The notes: generated from the letters alone by a model not told the origin. A stretch of 64,000 nt of DNA from an uncultured Christensenellaceae bacterium (GCA_944376205.1 CALWBV010000006.1:7868-71867), one strand, 5' to 3'. Positions 28,740 to 37,833 are shown, counted from the stretch's first letter. Program-made: numbers and translations.

Positions 28740-29162
28740 TTATTGGCGAGCGACGTTGCCCGTTTCGCAAAGTCCCAAAATCTCGCCTAGTCTTTGGTTT
28801 TGCCCCGTCAGATACAAATAACCTATAACGGCTTCAAAACCGCTTGCCGCCTTATAATCCGCAACGCTTGCGTTTTTTGCCATGGAATGCTGATGAGAAT
28901 TGCGTGCACGTCTGAATATGTCCTGCTCGTCCTCGTTGAGCATTGCCTCGATTTTTCTCATGCACTCCGCCTGAGCACCTGCATTTACTCTGGCGGTCAC
29001 GTACTTATGAAGCTTGTCCGCCTTGCCCGTCGTTTCGTTGAGCGCTTTGAGTCTGATATACAAAGTATGCACGCCGTCACCGACATAAGCAAGCACGAGA
29101 GGGTTTAGCTCCCGTGCCTGTTTTAAGGTCATAATATCGTTGTTTTGCGGTAAAAAATTCAT
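28740..29162 (-). CDS. mrnC: Mini-ribonuclease 3
   Basis: LNPLVLAYVGDGVHTLYIR signature. 140 aa. Confidence 0.85.
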   Translation of the reverse strand: MNFLPQNNDIMTLKQARELNPLVLAYVGDGVHTLYIRLKALNETTGKADKLHKYVTARVNAGAQAECMRKIEAMLNEDEQDIFRRARNSHQHSMAKNASVADYKAASGFEAVIGYLYLTGQNQRLGEILGLCETGNVARQ

Positions 29163-29192
29163 TGAATCCTACGCCTTTATTTATCTGCCGTG

Positions 29193-29891
29193 TCAGGCTT
29201 TTTTCTGCTTTTTGTTGCCCTTGATCTTTCTGCCTTTTTCGTCGAATTGCGATACGAAATAATCAAAGAGAAGTTCGTCGCTGTAAGTCGTCTCGCCCGT
29301 AGCTTTCAACGTGCACTGCTTGATATACTCGTAACAGCTCTTTTCCATAATTCTGATTATCTCGAAAGCTTCGTCCATATCCTTGCCTGCGCAGAAAACG
29401 CCGTGGTTTGCCATGAAGCAAGCATTGCGGCCTTCCATTGCGGCAACCGTACCGTTTTTAAGCTTCTTGGTGCCGGGCAAGCCGTATGCGCCTACTCTGC
29501 ATTCTCCGCCGACGAGTTTTTCCATCTCCTCGCTCATAACGGGCAAAGGTATTCTTGCCGACGCAAGTATCGAACAATAAAGAGGATGCGAGTGAATGGT
29601 TGCGTTGATTTCGGGACGTGCCTGCATGATAGCCGCATGGATTTTTCTCTCGCTGGTAGGTTTTTTGCCGTCGCTCCATACCGAAGGATCGCTTATCTGT
29701 ACGACGGGCATATCCTCGGGAGTGAGAGATATGTAGTCGAGTCCCGTAGGAGTAACGAGCATATGATCCTCGTCGAGTCTTACTGCGGTATTTCCCCAGG
29801 TTCCCTGTACGAGATTTTCCTTGAGAAGCGCAACGCCGCTGTCCTTGATAACCTGTCTCAATTTCAATTCTGTTTCTTTATCCCAAGCCAT
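29193..29891 (-). CDS. Class II aldolase/adducin-family protein with an intact metal site (fuculose-phosphate-aldolase-like)
   Basis: GNTAVR, PTSERKIH, IHSHP (HxH) and MANHGVFCAG are all present. Confidence 0.85.
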   Translation of the reverse strand: MAWDKETELKLRQVIKDSGVALLKENLVQGTWGNTAVRLDEDHMLVTPTGLDYISLTPEDMPVVQISDPSVWSDGKKPTSERKIHAAIMQARPEINATIHSHPLYCSILASARIPLPVMSEEMEKLVGGECRVGAYGLPGTKKLKNGTVAAMEGRNACFMANHGVFCAGKDMDEAFEIIRIMEKSCYEYIKQCTLKATGETTYSDELLFDYFVSQFDEKGRKIKGNKKQKKA

Positions 29892-29893
29892 AA

Positions 29894-30559
29894 TTAAGCC
29901 TCCCCTTCTTCTTTTGCAGAAGATTCTTTTTGTGCCTCGCCCTCTTCGAGTTGGGAAAGGTTTTGCTGATTTTTCTTGCTGTATTTCTTCTTATAAACAA
30001 ATCTCATAAGTCTTGCTTCGAAGCCGTTGATGATCTTGTTTTCGCCTATAACGCTGCTTGCTACGAAACATCTGCTTGCCTTGTCAAGTACCAATACGCA
30101 AGTGTATGCTTCGTCAAGCGTACGACCCGACGTAATGCATCCGCTGTTTTTGACGAGGCAGGAATTTCTGCCTTTCAAAGTCTTGAGTATGCTGTGAACG
30201 TCGTCGTCTGCCGTCTTGCAGGAAGGTCCCACGATCTGTGCCATATCGTCGAGAACCGCAGGAATGGTAGCGCCTGCTTTTGCGACAGGCATAACCCACT
30301 TGGGATAGCACTGGCATATAGCGTGAATATCTGCTCTCTCTTTATAGATTTCTGCGTGATAGAGATATTCCTTGTCAACTTTGAATATAAGAAGTTTGAT
30401 GACGTCTTCTTCTTTGAGATCAGCGAGTTTAACTCCCGCTTTGGTGACATACATATAATTGAGTCCCGATCTCATGCTTATCATATCTTTGTCGCCGACT
30501 ACGCCTTCCGCAACAAGTTTCTGTGCGTATTGCAAAATGGTTTCCACGATTTTTTCCAT
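29894..30559 (-). CDS. Class II aldolase-like paralogue with altered metal ligands
   Basis: It has the same fold signature (MISMRSG...YVTKAG...). The HxH position reads ICQCYP and the NHG position reads KNSGC. The start overlaps the kinase stop by 1 nt. The stop lies 2 nt before the next aldolase start. Confidence 0.7.
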   Translation of the reverse strand: MEKIVETILQYAQKLVAEGVVGDKDMISMRSGLNYMYVTKAGVKLADLKEEDVIKLLIFKVDKEYLYHAEIYKERADIHAICQCYPKWVMPVAKAGATIPAVLDDMAQIVGPSCKTADDDVHSILKTLKGRNSCLVKNSGCITSGRTLDEAYTCVLVLDKASRCFVASSVIGENKIINGFEARLMRFVYKKKYSKKNQQNLSQLEEGEAQKESSAKEEGEA

Positions 30560-32094
30560 TATTCTTCTCCTCCTTCAAATCTCTTCGAGTTAGCGTGTCT
30601 GTATGTCTTTTCAAGGCTGTAATAGATTTGCTTGTAGCTCTTGAACAGTTCATCGTAAATATATTTGTTCTGGGGATTGGGACGGTATGTCTTGCTCTCC
30701 TGAACAAAGTTTTTAGCATCGGCAAAACTGTTGAGCTCGCCGAGACCGATAAGCGCAATTATAGCTGCGCCGAGTGCGCCTGCGTTTCGGGGATTTTCGA
30801 CTATTGCAAACTCACTTCCCGTTATGTCGGCAATTATCTGCATCCATGCGTTGTCAAGTGCGCCGCCGCCGATAATTCTGAATTGTCTGCAATGGAATTT
30901 GTAATCCTTTCTGAAATTTTCGAGAATCCAACGCAAGTTGTATCCTATACCTTCGTAAAGCGCACGCATGATGTGTTCTCTGGTGTGAGAAGGAGTAACG
31001 TTCCAAAGCGTAGCTCTCGTCGTCGTCGAGGATACCGGACATCTCTCACCCAACATCCAAGGCGTACAAATCAGGTGATCCGAGCCTGCGGGAATGGACT
31101 CGATAACCTTGTCCATATATGCGTAAATACCGTCTCCGAGTTCTTTCTGCTCGCTGGAGAAGAACTGGTCGCACAGCCACTGAATATTGCTGCCCGCCGC
31201 CTCGGTAATACCTACTATAAGATTCATATCGGGATCCGCAGATTGTATTGCCGCTGCACCGTGCTTGAATTTCGTCTTGTTTCTGCTGGAAGCCGCAACC
31301 CATGCCGAAGTACCGAGGTAAATATGTATTTCGCCGTCGCCGTTCATGCCGCTGCCGATTGCCGCTGCCTGCGTATCGTCACAACCGCCGAATACCGCCG
31401 TGCCTTCGCACAAGCCCATTTTCTTTGCCGCTTCTTCGGTAAGTCCGTTGCCTATTTTGTCGGTACTCTTGACAAGAGGAGGAAGTTTTGACATGTCGAT
31501 GCCGATAAGTTTCAAAGCGCTGAGCCATGTCTTCTTCTTAAGGTCGAGACCGTAACTCGACGCACCCGAAAGTTCGGCTACCATTTCGCCCGTACATTTA
31601 TACTTGAGATAACCGTTTACGTCGAGGAAATACTTGGTGTTGTTGTAAACGTCGGGACGCTCTTCTTTGAGCCACTGAATTTTTGCTACGACGTCCTTAC
31701 CCATGATAGGTGTACCCGCAACAAGAGTAAATATCTTTTTGCCGCCGACTTTGTTCATAAGTGTCTGCGCCTGCCTTTCTGCTCTTCCGTCCACCCATGT
31801 TATATTGGGATGTAAAACTCTGCCTTTGGCATCCACGGGAATAATACCCATAGCCTGCGTAGAGAATACGACGCCCTCTACGTCATGAGGGTCAATGCCC
31901 GTATCCTCAATCAAAGTACGAGATGCGAGACAAACAGCTTCCCAGTACTCGTCGGGGTCTTGCTCGACGAAAGCGGGAGCGGGATAATAGGTGGGATAGG
32001 GTACGGCTTTAGATGCAACGATTTTGCCTTCGAAGTCGATAAGTACAGCCTTATCCGAACTGGTACCCATGTCGTGGGCTACAACGTATTTCAT
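30559..32094 (-). CDS. FGGY-family carbohydrate kinase (xylulokinase-like)
   Basis: MKYVVAHDMGTSSDKAVLIDFEGKIV...FVEQDPDEYWEAVC. The C-terminal block is RIIGGGALDNAWMQIIADI. Confidence 0.88.
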   Translation of the reverse strand: MKYVVAHDMGTSSDKAVLIDFEGKIVASKAVPYPTYYPAPAFVEQDPDEYWEAVCLASRTLIEDTGIDPHDVEGVVFSTQAMGIIPVDAKGRVLHPNITWVDGRAERQAQTLMNKVGGKKIFTLVAGTPIMGKDVVAKIQWLKEERPDVYNNTKYFLDVNGYLKYKCTGEMVAELSGASSYGLDLKKKTWLSALKLIGIDMSKLPPLVKSTDKIGNGLTEEAAKKMGLCEGTAVFGGCDDTQAAAIGSGMNGDGEIHIYLGTSAWVAASSRNKTKFKHGAAAIQSADPDMNLIVGITEAAGSNIQWLCDQFFSSEQKELGDGIYAYMDKVIESIPAGSDHLICTPWMLGERCPVSSTTTRATLWNVTPSHTREHIMRALYEGIGYNLRWILENFRKDYKFHCRQFRIIGGGALDNAWMQIIADITGSEFAIVENPRNAGALGAAIIALIGLGELNSFADAKNFVQESKTYRPNPQNKYIYDELFKSYKQIYYSLEKTYRHANSKRFEGGEE

Positions 32095-32106
32095 TTTTCC
32101 TCCTTT

Positions 32107-32243
32107 AAGTCGCCGTTGTATATCAGCGTATCTTTTCCTTTTGTCTGCGACGCTCGCCCTCAGTCACGTACGATAAGTACGCTCCTTTCGCGCTCGGTCT
32201 TGAAAAAGAAAAATCTGCACTAATCTCCAACGGCTCCACATTT
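32107..32243 (-). repeat. Intergenic repeat family, one unit abutting the RBS of the FGGY kinase gene
   Basis: AGTCGCCGTTGTATATCAGCG...CTCAGTCACGTACGATAAGTACGCTCCTTTCGCGCTCGGTCTTGAAAAAGAAAAATCTGCACTAATCTCCAACGGCTCC. Confidence 0.8.
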
Positions 32244-32394
32244 CTGTGTGAGTATTAAATTTTTCAATTTTTTGAAGTCCGTAATTATATCGGCTTCGGG
32301 TTTATGTGTTTTTCGTTTTATCAATTACGATATCCGCATCAAAGGGATTATCTCATATCAGAAAGATAGAATCTCCGTCATGATTTTGAGGAGC

Positions 32395-32433
32395 AATTTA
32401 TACAATTTAAGTCTTGGATAAATTGTATAAATT
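32395..32433. repeat. 39-nt AT-rich perfect hairpin (copy 2 of 3)
   Basis: AATTTATACAATTTA-AGTCTTGGA-TAAATTGTATAAATT. Confidence 0.9.
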
Positions 32434-32547
32434 ATCTTCTTATGCGTACACGTATATGTGCGCAAAATAAGTAAAACAAAATCAATATTATCCCCTTTTG
32501 CTCCGCCATTGGAACACTAGGCTGTGAATAATATTGAAATATCTTCA

Positions 32548-32587
32548 CCGACTGCCGCAAAGCTGCGGCAATCGGTATTTTTATTTT
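32548..32587 (+). terminator. Strong plus-strand intrinsic terminator with no upstream plus-strand CDS
   Basis: CCGACTGCCGCA-AAGC-TGCGGCAATCGG (12-bp stem, one mismatch) followed by TATTTTTATTTT. The U-tract exists only on the plus strand. Confidence 0.6.
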
Positions 32588-32662
32588 GTAGCTTTGTTCC
32601 CCTCTCAAACCGCAAAAGAAACACTTTTTATTTGTACCCTATCTGATTAAGATAGTACCGAT

Positions 32663-34309
32663 TTATTTATTAGCAGCCTTTTCCTGCGCCTTCTTTGCGG
32701 CTTTGAGCATCTTTTCGGCTTTTGCGAGTTTCTTCTCGTTGCCTGCCGATTTATACTTGTTGATCTTGTATTCTGCTACCTGTACGTCGATAGAATCCGT
32801 TCTCTCCTTGACGAGTTTGAATACGTCTTCGAATCTGTTGAGTGACTCGTCGATGATTTCGTCGGTGTCTGCCATAGAGGTATAGAGTCTCGAACCTGCA
32901 AGGGTAACGATACCGTTAGCCATATAAGCCGCACCCATGTGTTCCATAGCGACTTTACGTACCATGATCTTGTCTTTCATCTTGAGAACCTTGAGCAAGT
33001 TGAGCATATTCTTGGATGAGAAGTCATAGCTCATTGCGCCCGTACACTCGAGGTGAACGATGGAACCTTGGTTGTAAGCTACGTAAGGAAGCTCATACTT
33101 GCCGATAAGCTCTACGAGACCGTCGGTAAGTCTGTTACCTGCTTTACCTGCTTTTACGCAAGCGTCTGTCTTTGCGATTTCCTTGATTGCCGTGTAACCT
33201 GCAAGAGCGGACAGAGGGTTAGCTGCCAAAGTACCGCCGCAGTATGCCTTCTTTGCACCGCCTGCAACACCTGCTGCCAACAGCGAAACGTATTCTTTCT
33301 TACCGCCTACGCCGCCTGCTGCGGGATAGCCGCCTGCAACGATCTTACCGAAGATGGTGAGGTCAGGCTTAACGTCGAAAAAGCCTTGTGCGCCGCCGAG
33401 ACCTACTCTGAAGCCGGTAACGACTTCATCGAAGATGAAGAGTGCGCCGTATGCGTGAGCAAGTTCAAGCGCCTTCTTGTTGTAGTCAAGGTCAACGGGA
33501 CGGGTACCTGATTCGGGACCTACGGGTTCAACGATGACTGCAGCCGTGCCGCCTCTTCTCTTGTTGATCTTGAGGTAATCTTCGAGCATGTTGAGGTCAT
33601 TGGGTCTTACCTCGTCGATAACGCTGAATATAACATTAGGAATACCGAAAGATTCGAGGAATTGTCTTGTGCCGGGAACTTTCAAACCGTAAACCATCTG
33701 ATCGGACCAACCGTGATATGCACCGCCTATCTTGATGATTCTCTTGTTTTTGGTCTGACATCTTGCGATACGCAATGCAGCCATAACAGATTCGGTACCG
33801 GAACCTAACATTCTGAACATTTCTACATTGGGCATATGCTTGTTGATTTCCTTGGCAATAAGAAGTTCTGCCTCATGGAAAAGACCTGTTACGGGACCGC
33901 ACTCTTTGATCAACTTGATAGCTTCGTTCTGAACGGGCTTGTAGTTGCTGCCGAGAATAGTGGGGCCGCCTGCCTGCAAAAAGTCAATGTACTGATTGCC
34001 GTCGATATCGGTCAGATACGCTCCGTCTGCCTTAACCATACACATGGGGAAAGGTTTGTTGAAAGCGAGATTGTGCTGCACGCCGCCGGGGATGTACTTC
34101 TTTGCTTCTGTGGTAATCTCTTTGGACTTTGCGCACTTGACATCGTAATAATTTTTGCAGATGTCATTATAAACATCCATAGGAATCGAATAGATGTTTT
34201 TTGAAGTAAGTTCTCTGAGACTTGCGTTGATTTCTGACGCATTAGCCCAACGGTTGATACCGTAGCCTTGTTTCTCCTTTTCGGGGAGTTGTGTATAAGT
34301 GACTTTCAT
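32663..34309 (-). CDS. Class III aminotransferase-fold PLP enzyme (glutamate-1-semialdehyde aminomutase-like) with N- and C-terminal extensions
   Basis: GGVQHN..., GSGTESVMAALRIAR, FIFDEVVTGFRVG and the PLP-lysine block TIFGKIVAGGYP. It carries a Lys-rich tail of about 60 aa (KKLAKAEKMLKAAKKAQEKAANK). Confidence 0.85.
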   Translation of the reverse strand: MKVTYTQLPEKEKQGYGINRWANASEINASLRELTSKNIYSIPMDVYNDICKNYYDVKCAKSKEITTEAKKYIPGGVQHNLAFNKPFPMCMVKADGAYLTDIDGNQYIDFLQAGGPTILGSNYKPVQNEAIKLIKECGPVTGLFHEAELLIAKEINKHMPNVEMFRMLGSGTESVMAALRIARCQTKNKRIIKIGGAYHGWSDQMVYGLKVPGTRQFLESFGIPNVIFSVIDEVRPNDLNMLEDYLKINKRRGGTAAVIVEPVGPESGTRPVDLDYNKKALELAHAYGALFIFDEVVTGFRVGLGGAQGFFDVKPDLTIFGKIVAGGYPAAGGVGGKKEYVSLLAAGVAGGAKKAYCGGTLAANPLSALAGYTAIKEIAKTDACVKAGKAGNRLTDGLVELIGKYELPYVAYNQGSIVHLECTGAMSYDFSSKNMLNLLKVLKMKDKIMVRKVAMEHMGAAYMANGIVTLAGSRLYTSMADTDEIIDESLNRFEDVFKLVKERTDSIDVQVAEYKINKYKSAGNEKKLAKAEKMLKAAKKAQEKAANK

Positions 34310-34532
34310 TGATATGCCTCCTTAATGTATAAATCTCTAACATCTTCAATTTTATCACACTTAATTGATTGTTGTCAATATTGAATTTAAGTAATAATTA
34401 AGCAATAATACTACTATTATATGTTTGGTTAAGTTTTTGAAGTATTTTTTAATTGACAAATGTCTACAAAAATGTCGATATTTTACAAAGAAGAAAAATG
34501 TGTAAATTAAATAAAAATTTTGCGCATTTGTG

Positions 34533-34562
34533 TTGAATATCGAAATATTCCCATGGTATAAT
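34533..34562 (+). promoter_or_regulatory. Sigma-A type promoter for the M28 peptidase gene
   Basis: TTGAAT, 18-nt spacer ending in TGG, TATAAT. Confidence 0.55.
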
Positions 34563-34593
34563 GATTGAGGATTTATTTATTAAGGAGACGCTT

Positions 34594-35883
34594 ATGCAAA
34601 ATCAACAATTCACAAAAGGTCAACAGGTCTTTGACCTCGTCAAAGAAGTCATTGACGTGACCGGCCCCCGACTTCCCGGCAGCGAAGAAGAACGCAAGGG
34701 AGCGGAAATTATTGCAAACCAAATCGAAAGAGAACTCGGTACGCCTACGATTACCGAACAGTTCAAGACCCCCAGGCACGCTTGCATAAGCGCGATACCT
34801 TGGTTGGGATGGGGCATGTTTATAGCTTTTTGTCTTTTCTATCTCAGCCCGATAGCTTCGCTTGTAGTGAGCACTGCGCTGTTGCTCTTTGCTCTTACGC
34901 ACATTTTCTACTATTCGCACATGCTTGACAAGCTGTTCAAAAAAGATATCTCGCAAAACGTGTATTCCACGCTCGAACCACGCTCGGGCAATAAAAAATA
35001 CACGGTAATGCTTACTGCGCATATGGACAGCAGCTGGTGTTGGATGCATTCCTACAAAAACCCTAAAACCATGATGATCAAAACGGGTATCGGCGTTATA
35101 AGCGGAGTGGCGCTTCTCGTCGTTTCCGTTATCACAATCATACTCGAAGCGGTATCTAGCGGAAAAGTTTCTTTTATGGGTCTGTCGTCGGTATTCGCAA
35201 ATCTTTCTACCGGCGTTGCTACCAAAACAGATATCGCCGTACTCGTAATGTACTGCCTGCCCGTGCTGTTCTTGCCCGGTTTTTACTGGCTGTCGACGTA
35301 TCTGTCTTATGACAAGGCAAAAGCCGCACCCGGCGCAATGGATAATCTGAGCGGCGTAGCAACGGCAATCGCTGTCGCAAAACACTTCAAAGACAACCCC
35401 GACGACTGCGGCGACGCACGTATTATCGTTATGGGCGCAGGCGCAGAAGAAAGCGGACTCGTGGGAGCTTTGGACTTTGTGAAAAAGCATAAAGACGATA
35501 AAAACATCTTCGACGAACATACATACGTACTCAATCTCGACTCTTTCAGAGATTACGACAACTTCAACGTAGTCAAAAAGGATACTCTTCAATTCAAACC
35601 CTTTGACAAAGAACTCGTCGAACTCTCTCAAAAGGCTATCGCAAACTGCGGACTCGAAGTCCATACGATAGAAAACCCCGTCGGCGGAAGCGACTCCACT
35701 GCATTTGCAAAAGCCGGAATCAAAACCGTTACGCTCAATGCGCAGGATCCCCGTCCTACCGACTATTACCATACCACGAGAGACACCCTCGACAATCTCA
35801 ATCTCAATACCCTTGACAAGGGCTTCGAAGTCGTAAGAGAGGTCGTAAGACTCATCGACGCAAAATACAGAGAAAACAACTGA
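34594..35883 (+). CDS. M28-family metallopeptidase with internal TM segments
   Basis: LPGSEEERKGAE, LTAHMDS, AMDNLSGVA and GAGAEESGLVGA motifs. Start at the ATG 5 nt after AAGGAGA. Confidence 0.85.
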   Translation: MQNQQFTKGQQVFDLVKEVIDVTGPRLPGSEEERKGAEIIANQIERELGTPTITEQFKTPRHACISAIPWLGWGMFIAFCLFYLSPIASLVVSTALLLFALTHIFYYSHMLDKLFKKDISQNVYSTLEPRSGNKKYTVMLTAHMDSSWCWMHSYKNPKTMMIKTGIGVISGVALLVVSVITIILEAVSSGKVSFMGLSSVFANLSTGVATKTDIAVLVMYCLPVLFLPGFYWLSTYLSYDKAKAAPGAMDNLSGVATAIAVAKHFKDNPDDCGDARIIVMGAGAEESGLVGALDFVKKHKDDKNIFDEHTYVLNLDSFRDYDNFNVVKKDTLQFKPFDKELVELSQKAIANCGLEVHTIENPVGGSDSTAFAKAGIKTVTLNAQDPRPTDYYHTTRDTLDNLNLNTLDKGFEVVREVVRLIDAKYRENN

Positions 35884-35912
35884 CATCTTTATCTCTATAT
35901 CGCTATAATTTA

Positions 35913-35940
35913 CCGACGTCTTAATCGACGTCGGTTTTTT
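35913..35940 (+). terminator. Rho-independent terminator after the M28 peptidase gene
   Basis: CCGACGTCTTAATCGACGTCGG followed by TTTTTT. Confidence 0.8.
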
Positions 35941-36153
35941 CGTTGTCCGCCCGAAAATACTCTATTCCTTACAAGGCACCCGGGTATATCATCAACATTC
36001 AAACTTTGTAATTACCGTATTTGAAAAAGTAATTCAATCCGTTTTTCCCTTTTGACTTTTACTGGAGATTTTCAGGTTTTTAAGTGCATATTTTCGAATC
36101 GTATTTCGTTATCGCACATGAGCGTCGTTTTTCTTCTAAACCGCACCTGTGTA

Positions 36154-36182
36154 TTGACTTAATAAATAATCTTTGATATAAT
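36154..36182 (+). promoter_or_regulatory. Sigma-A type promoter for the lipoprotein pair
   Basis: TTGACT, 17-nt spacer, TATAAT. Confidence 0.6.
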
Positions 36183-36214
36183 CAAAGTGTATATAAAATA
36201 TAGGAGGATATTTT

Positions 36215-37816
36215 ATGAAAAATAAAACGATAATAACAGTTATCAGTATTGTGATAATAATATCCGTACTCGTAATGTTGTTGTTGGGTTGCGACAAGTC
36301 CCTAAACATATCGGACCTGTCAAATAAATCACAGTTGTATGAATACAATTCCACTGTGCGTCAACTCAACACTCTGTCCGGATGGCAATACGAAACTAGC
36401 GGCAGCAACTTTGTCGTACTCAACAAGTATGACGCCGAAAACGTTCTGTCTTCAAAAATGCTCTACAGTCTTTTGAGCGACAAATCGCTTCTGACTCTTA
36501 CGGAGAATTTTGAAGAATACGAAATAAGTTTTGAAGCCAATTATCTGGCTATCGTTAAGAATACCGTCGCCAACCGCATCGACGTCTATGACGCCAACGG
36601 TATAGTATTCTCCGCCGACAACGTAAACTATACGACTCAGTCGGAAGGCGGTATATACGAAATGTTTTTCTCCAACGGAAAATGCATTACGGTTTCGGCA
36701 GAAGACGGCACAGTAAAAGTAGGAGATACTTCTTTCTTCGCTCAGCCCGATTCTTCATACTATGAAAAACTCGGAGATTATTACATCGGCAACGAAGGTC
36801 TCAGTTATTGCCTTTATGACAAGAATTTCAAAAAGATCTCTTCTGTCAATGTATCCGACTATTTGTACTCCAACTCAATGCCGCTAAGCTTTGCTCTCCT
36901 CAAAGACTACACATTCGTTATGCAGACGATCGAACTCCTCGATAAGAAGGCTACGAGTTATGACCTCAAGATGGGAGAAGAAAAATACAATATCCATAAC
37001 CATGTGTACGATATGCTCAAGGGCAAAACCAAAAAGCTCGAACTCGGCAACGTTATCTTCGAGACGGCTTCGTTTGACGACCGCTTCAATTACAATCTTT
37101 TGACTTATACAGAGATAACTTCCGATAAGGAACTCGGTGCAGAAAAGCTCGGTATTTTCAACAACGATATGGAACTTCTCGCAGATTTGTCCGGTTATCT
37201 GCCTTCTCTTGACAGCGCAGACAATATAGAAGTATTGGCAAACGGCGATCTCCGTCTCTCTGACGATTATACGACCGTTATCGTGGGCGGCGACGGAACT
37301 GTTAAAAACGTATTTGACGAGTCTTCTCTCACCGCTATACCCGGTACCGAATTGTATGTGCTCGATTCCGCAAATATGATTTACGACGCATACGGTCAAT
37401 TCCTGATGGAACTTCCCGAAGACGCTTCTCTCGTATCATCATTCTCTCCTTCTGACTATATCTACTATTTGGCTCCCGAAGTTACGACAGACGAAGGCGG
37501 TATCGAACAGACTACCGAATATTACTATTCTTTTAATATCGATACCAAAACTACCGTCAAAATAGGCGAAAAGTCCGAAGTTTACTTTAAGTCGACATCT
37601 TATACCGTATCGAAAACAGACAGCGAAGGCAAAACAACTACTTCGTGCTATCTCATTCTCGACGGCAAAGAAGTATATAAAGACATCGCTTCCGACGTAT
37701 CTGTCAGAGAATTCAACGTATCCGTAGAATCCGGTGCTTTCCTCGTACAACTCACCGACGCCGAAGGCAATACCGTATTCTATCTGTATACGATCACTTA
37801 CGATAAAAAGGCTTGA
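36215..37816 (+). CDS. Hypothetical lipoprotein (paralogue A)
   Basis: Lipobox VMLLLGC after a hydrophobic signal, with an AGGAGG RBS. It is clearly similar to the next gene (for example YNIHNHVYDMLKGKTKKLE versus YNIRQYLLDVKTGNVTKLS, and GIFNNDMELLADLSGYL versus GIFDKNLNLTANLSEYV). Confidence 0.75.
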   Translation: MKNKTIITVISIVIIISVLVMLLLGCDKSLNISDLSNKSQLYEYNSTVRQLNTLSGWQYETSGSNFVVLNKYDAENVLSSKMLYSLLSDKSLLTLTENFEEYEISFEANYLAIVKNTVANRIDVYDANGIVFSADNVNYTTQSEGGIYEMFFSNGKCITVSAEDGTVKVGDTSFFAQPDSSYYEKLGDYYIGNEGLSYCLYDKNFKKISSVNVSDYLYSNSMPLSFALLKDYTFVMQTIELLDKKATSYDLKMGEEKYNIHNHVYDMLKGKTKKLELGNVIFETASFDDRFNYNLLTYTEITSDKELGAEKLGIFNNDMELLADLSGYLPSLDSADNIEVLANGDLRLSDDYTTVIVGGDGTVKNVFDESSLTAIPGTELYVLDSANMIYDAYGQFLMELPEDASLVSSFSPSDYIYYLAPEVTTDEGGIEQTTEYYYSFNIDTKTTVKIGEKSEVYFKSTSYTVSKTDSEGKTTTSCYLILDGKEVYKDIASDVSVREFNVSVESGAFLVQLTDAEGNTVFYLYTITYDKKA

Positions 37817-37833
37817 GCAAGGAGGACATGACA

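Noticed and set aside
27446-31491. Plus-strand ORFs 27446..28297, 29190..29897, 29930..30622 and 30523..31491
   Set aside because: All are antisense to well-supported minus-strand genes (sigH/thyX, the two aldolases and the FGGY kinase). None has a family signature.
34573-35886. 437-aa minus-strand ORF
   Set aside because: It is exactly antisense to, and in codon register with, the M28 peptidase gene, which has clear metallopeptidase motifs and a good RBS.
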